This document shows, piece after piece, positions 60,673 through 64,000 of a stretch of 64,000 nt of DNA (position 1 is its first letter; each line of letters begins with the position of its first letter). Source of the DNA: Gammaproteobacteria bacterium (lineage in GTDB: Bacteria; Pseudomonadota; Gammaproteobacteria; Eutrophobiales; Eutrophobiaceae); NCBI GenBank assembly GCA_038922795.1, contig JBCKWI010000003.1, positions 5,118-69,117 of the forward strand. Reading direction: 5' to 3'. The position numbers and the translations under genes are program-made. The notes under the pieces were generated by a model that was given only the letters and a program-made list of their open reading frames with translations, was not told where the DNA came from and did no database searches.

Positions 60673-61740
60673 TTATTCCAATCCCAGTGGATTTTCCGGA
60701 TCGATGCCGTCGCGGAACGGTTTGCGTCGATCGATGTGGGTGAGCTGATAGACCTTGCCGATCCAGTTGTTGATGACAGCCTCGGCGCTGTCATGCCAGG
60801 TATTGTCCAATGCTGGCACAATAATATCTTCCGGAAATTCCGGCGGTTGCTTGCCTGACTTGCGCGCAGCGATGTTCCATTCCTGGTATTCCTCAAAAAT
60901 CGCAGTAGACCGCAGGCTGAGATAATTTTCCGGCACAGGCGGATAATCATTGATCTCGCCACGGATGTAGCGGCCGACTTCGCGTTTGTATTCCTTCAGC
61001 AGACTGATGGCATCATATTCCGGGTGGCCCTGGAAAAAGACAATGCGAAAACCGTCTTCACTGGTCGCAAGGTGTACGCCAGCTACATCACTCTCCACCA
61101 GGATTTTCAATTTTGCTGCTTCAAACTGTTGCCTGCTGATCTCATTAAAGCGTGAATGCGGCACATCAAAGCGGGTATTCACACCGGAGATCAATGGATG
61201 ATATTGATTGACCACTTTATGCGAATAGACACCCCAACGCTTGGCCGGCATGGGTTTGCGTTTCTGCTGATAACGAAACTGCAACACGGCGTGTGTTGCC
61301 AGACACGAACATAAAGTCGATGTCACGTTTTCATACGCCCAGTTAATGATCTCGATCAGCGGGTTCCAGAATAACTGTTCAGACAGTTCCGGACTGGTCA
61401 CATTAGCGCCGGTAATGATGAGCGCATCGAGTCCCTCTTCCTTGATCTGCTCGAAGGTCTTGTAATATTGTCCAATATGCGTCTGGGCTTCGGGACCGCG
61501 CTCCAGTTCCTTGAGTGAAAACGGATGCACATAGAATTGCGCGATCTGATTGCTCTCTCCGACCAGCCGGAAAAATTGCCGTTCGGTCGCTTCCAGCGCG
61601 GCATCCGGCATCATGTTCAAAAGCCCGATGTGCAGTTCGCGGATGTCCTGATGCAAGGCGTGATCACGCCCGATGATGGTCTCACCCTCTTCCTGAAGCC
61701 GCACAAAACTCGGCAACGATGTATTGGCAACCAGTGGCAT
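60673..61740 (-). CDS. metA: homoserine O-succinyl/acetyl-transferase (MetA family)
   Basis: It aligns to the MetA family along its length (LLNMMPD; IITGA; VTSTLCSCLA catalytic Cys; FQGHPEYD). Confidence 0.88.
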   Translation of the reverse strand: MPLVANTSLPSFVRLQEEGETIIGRDHALHQDIRELHIGLLNMMPDAALEATERQFFRLVGESNQIAQFYVHPFSLKELERGPEAQTHIGQYYKTFEQIKEEGLDALIITGANVTSPELSEQLFWNPLIEIINWAYENVTSTLCSCLATHAVLQFRYQQKRKPMPAKRWGVYSHKVVNQYHPLISGVNTRFDVPHSRFNEISRQQFEAAKLKILVESDVAGVHLATSEDGFRIVFFQGHPEYDAISLLKEYKREVGRYIRGEINDYPPVPENYLSLRSTAIFEEYQEWNIAARKSGKQPPEFPEDIIVPALDNTWHDSAEAVINNWIGKVYQLTHIDRRKPFRDGIDPENPLGLE

Positions 61741-61792
61741 TTGAAATTAACTCTCTATTACTTTCAATACACTAAATTTTATGATTACTTTA

Positions 61793-61950
61793 CTCCCCCT
61801 TCCCCCTCCGGGAGAAGGGATGGGGATGAGGGAAGGTTTTGATCCATTCACTGCCATTTCACAAAAATCATTCCCTCACCCGTACCCTCTCCCGGAGGGA
61901 GAGGGTTGATATCCTGTGTCCACATCCGAACCTCTCCGGTGGGAGTGGGT
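61793..61950. repeat. REP family-A cluster (two nested palindromes plus a partial unit) between metA and the P-loop gene
   Basis: ccccctccgggagaagggatggggatgaggg ... ccctcacccgtaccctctcccggagggagaggg is read directly. Confidence 0.8.
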
Positions 61951-61958
61951 TAATAGAG

Positions 61959-62804
61959 CTATTTTCCTCTGTTCAGAACTTTCTCGGCCAATTTCAGAAA
62001 ATCCCCTTCACAGTCGATAGCAGCAGTCTCTTTCGTTGTGATGGCATAACCATATTGTTTAACTATCGCCTCATAGCGCGGGATGCGTGAATTAAACAGA
62101 CGCGGGAACACCCAACGCACAAAATCATCCGGATCAATTAACGCGACAAATCGCAGTTTTCTCTCCTTCATATAAACAGCCAGCTGCTCATCCAGGAACG
62201 CTTCCCGGTAATAAAGTGGTTTTGGCGCATCTTCGGCACGCCGGATCAATTCCTTCTCATCTTCTTTCGAAGCCTTGATATAGAGAATCAATGTATGTGC
62301 AGCGAGTGTTTCGAGCACCTGAGTATTATCAAGTTCACACAGACTGCCACCGGCATCATTGATGAAATTATCGTAGCCGAAAATGTAGTTGGCCTTTTCA
62401 ATAAATTCAGGCACATCTTTCATGGCAGCGATCTCTGCCTGCCGGTGTAAATCCTGGCGATACTTGAATTCCGTCAGGCCCAGCCCACCCTGTTCCGGAT
62501 TACCCAGCTTGCCGAGAAAGGTGGAAACCGGACTCAGATTATCCACACTGAGGTTGTTCCGTATCTGGATCGAATCCGAGCGCAACAGTTCGCGCATGAT
62601 CGGGACCTGCATCAGTTCTTTCTTGATATGGTCCAGGATCGGTTCATCCAGATAGCGGGTGCCGATACGGTAATCACCGGAAAAATGAAACCAGTGGTCC
62701 TTGCGCAGGGTACAGGCGAGCCGCGTCTTGCCCACACCGGACATACCGAGCAGGGTGATGGCTTTACGATCCCATTTCCTGAATTCTTCTGCACTGAGTT
62801 TCAC
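61959..62804 (-). CDS. P-loop NTPase / small-molecule-kinase-like protein
   Basis: Walker A ITLLGMSGVGKTRLA. 281 aa. No confident family assignment. Confidence 0.5.
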   Translation of the reverse strand: MKLSAEEFRKWDRKAITLLGMSGVGKTRLACTLRKDHWFHFSGDYRIGTRYLDEPILDHIKKELMQVPIMRELLRSDSIQIRNNLSVDNLSPVSTFLGKLGNPEQGGLGLTEFKYRQDLHRQAEIAAMKDVPEFIEKANYIFGYDNFINDAGGSLCELDNTQVLETLAAHTLILYIKASKEDEKELIRRAEDAPKPLYYREAFLDEQLAVYMKERKLRFVALIDPDDFVRWVFPRLFNSRIPRYEAIVKQYGYAITTKETAAIDCEGDFLKLAEKVLNRGK

Positions 62805-63005
62805 TGTGGCTTACCTGGTTAATATTAATTTGCTGCGAGATTATAAGGTACTATTAAATTTATATTTAGTTGTTTTTACTGCTTTTTTGAGACGACATGT
62901 GAATATAAACAATGGTCATGGAGGCTCATTGCCAACTCAGTATTCTTGACTAAGTTACTTAGCTAACCTAGCATACTGTTGTCAGAAAAATATTGGCCGG
63001 GACCT

Positions 63006-63275
63006 ATGACCACAGTTAATGTACATGAAGCAAAAACCAATTTGTCACGTTTGCTGGACGCTGCCGCCAAAGGCGAAGAGATCATCATTGCCAAAGCGGG
63101 GAAACCTGTTGCCCGCCTGATCCCCATAGGGAAACCACAACGCACTCCAGGGTCTATGCAAGGGACCTTTGTGTCTGACGAGACGTTTTTTGATCCGTTG
63201 CCAGAAAATGAACTGGATTTATGGAATGGTGAGATAACCTCAAGATCAGATCCTCTGAATCCCAAAAAGCGTTGA
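63006..63275 (+). CDS. vapB: Phd/YefM-family antitoxin (VapB-like)
   Basis: MTTVNVHEAKTNLSRLLDAAAKGEEIIIAKAGKPVARLIP matches the Phd/YefM antitoxin N-terminus. The track ORF starts 27 nt earlier. Confidence 0.8.
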   Translation: MTTVNVHEAKTNLSRLLDAAAKGEEIIIAKAGKPVARLIPIGKPQRTPGSMQGTFVSDETFFDPLPENELDLWNGEITSRSDPLNPKKR

Positions 63276-63279
63276 TTGC

Positions 63280-63663
63280 ATGAATCTGCTGCTGGATACC
63301 CATGTGCTGATCTGGTGGGCTGAAGGCCATCCGAAGTTATCCAGCCGTGCCGTGAGTGCCATCCAAAATGCGGAGCATGTGCTCTTCAGTGCAGCAAGTG
63401 TCTGGGAAATTGCCACCAAAGTAAGGCTTGGCAAACTGATAATGACTCGATCTCTGGCGGATGTCGTCAATGATTTTGTGCAGCGCCTGCATTTTGAACC
63501 TCTGCCGATCACACCTGATCATGCCCGGCTGGCAGGTGAATTAACGGGTAACCATAAAGACCCTTTTGACCGGATGCTGATCGTGCAGGCACAGCATGAA
63601 AATTTAACTGTGATTACTTCAGATAAGGTATTCAAACATTACCATGTGAAGGTGATGTGGTGA
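63280..63663 (+). CDS. vapC: PIN-domain toxin VapC
   Basis: LLDTHVLIWW...SAASVWEIATKV...DPFDRMLIVQAQ carries the PIN acidic residues. It starts 4 nt after vapB. Confidence 0.85.
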   Translation: MNLLLDTHVLIWWAEGHPKLSSRAVSAIQNAEHVLFSAASVWEIATKVRLGKLIMTRSLADVVNDFVQRLHFEPLPITPDHARLAGELTGNHKDPFDRMLIVQAQHENLTVITSDKVFKHYHVKVMW

Positions 63664-63696
63664 TGAAACAACCATCATTCTGGATTTCCTGAAAAA

Positions 63697-64000
63697 ATGT
63701 CCACAAAAGATTTACAGCATTGCCTTGGAAATATCAGGAAGCTCAAATCAGAAATTGAGAAATTCTTTCCCGTAGACAAACTTGATATTCAATACATTAA
63801 ACAGAGCGTAAATAAGGATCATCTGTGCAAAATTATCAGCTCGCTTGCTAGCAGCATGGATGATGCTTTTAGACTGCTATCTGAAACAGGTGGACGTGAA
63901 ACGGTATCATTAAAATCAATAACTGATAATGATTACCGGTTTTTTAGGGATTTTATAGAACCGAATAGGGATCATACCAAAGATCTCGGTGAATACTGTT
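63697..64000 (+). CDS. hypothetical protein, 5' part only (continues beyond the window), AT-rich
   Basis: Open frame from ATG 63697 to the window end. No recognisable domain. Confidence 0.35.
   Translation, partial: MSTKDLQHCLGNIRKLKSEIEKFFPVDKLDIQYIKQSVNKDHLCKIISSLASSMDDAFRLLSETGGRETVSLKSITDNDYRFFRDFIEPNRDHTKDLGEYC

Noticed and set aside
60669-60962. 97-aa minus-strand ORF overlapping the metA 3' end
   Set aside because: Alternative frame inside metA. No independent support.
1-64000. tRNA, rRNA, tmRNA or integrase marking the accessory islands
   Set aside because: Scanned intergenic regions (2145-2330, 9987-10677, 11953-12335, 49089-49457, 52093-52697, 62805-63005) for tRNA T-arm-like GGTTCGAATCC motifs and found none. 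No integrase or recombinase ORF is present. The islands appear bounded by repeat clusters instead.

Overview
This is a chromosomal window from a proteobacterium. The gene order carA-carB-greA-rlmE-ftsH-glmM and trpF-trpB-trpA-accD-folC-dedD-cvpA-purF, together with leuB-asd-fimV-truA, is typical of gamma/beta-proteobacteria. Housekeeping blocks are about 50-55% GC and are interrupted by AT-rich accessory islands.

Content from start to end:
- icd 3' end and aceK.
- A complete type I R-M operon, hsdM-hsdS-[ABC/OLD-like ATPase]-hsdR, with the extra ATPase translationally coupled between hsdS and hsdR.
- A biosynthetic/housekeeping block: purF, cvpA, dedD, folC, accD, trpA, trpB, trpF, truA, fimV, asd, leuB, dapC, dapD, glmM, ftsH, rlmE, greA, carB, carA.
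- A tightly coupled amidoligase-type operon: divergent class-II glutamine amidotransferase, C39-like peptidase, RimK-like ATP-grasp, GCS2 ligase and FGase-like amidohydrolase.
- A Rieske protein and a Y-family polymerase.
- A eukaryotic-type Ser/Thr kinase fused to Sel1 repeats, followed by a TonB-dependent receptor.
- An accessory island (55.0-60.1 kb): a frameshifted IS110-family transposase, orphan and paired toxin-antitoxin modules (HigA-like, BrnT/BrnA), and a 401-aa protein with a RecB-type PD-(D/E)xK C-terminus.
- greB, metA, a P-loop protein, and vapBC at the end.

The window is saturated with at least three families of short palindromic repeats, REP/MITE-like, forming mosaic clusters up to about 560 bp. 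Two of them are inserted in frame inside coding genes (hsdM and the FGase-like gene).

No rRNA, tRNA or CRISPR arrays were recognised.
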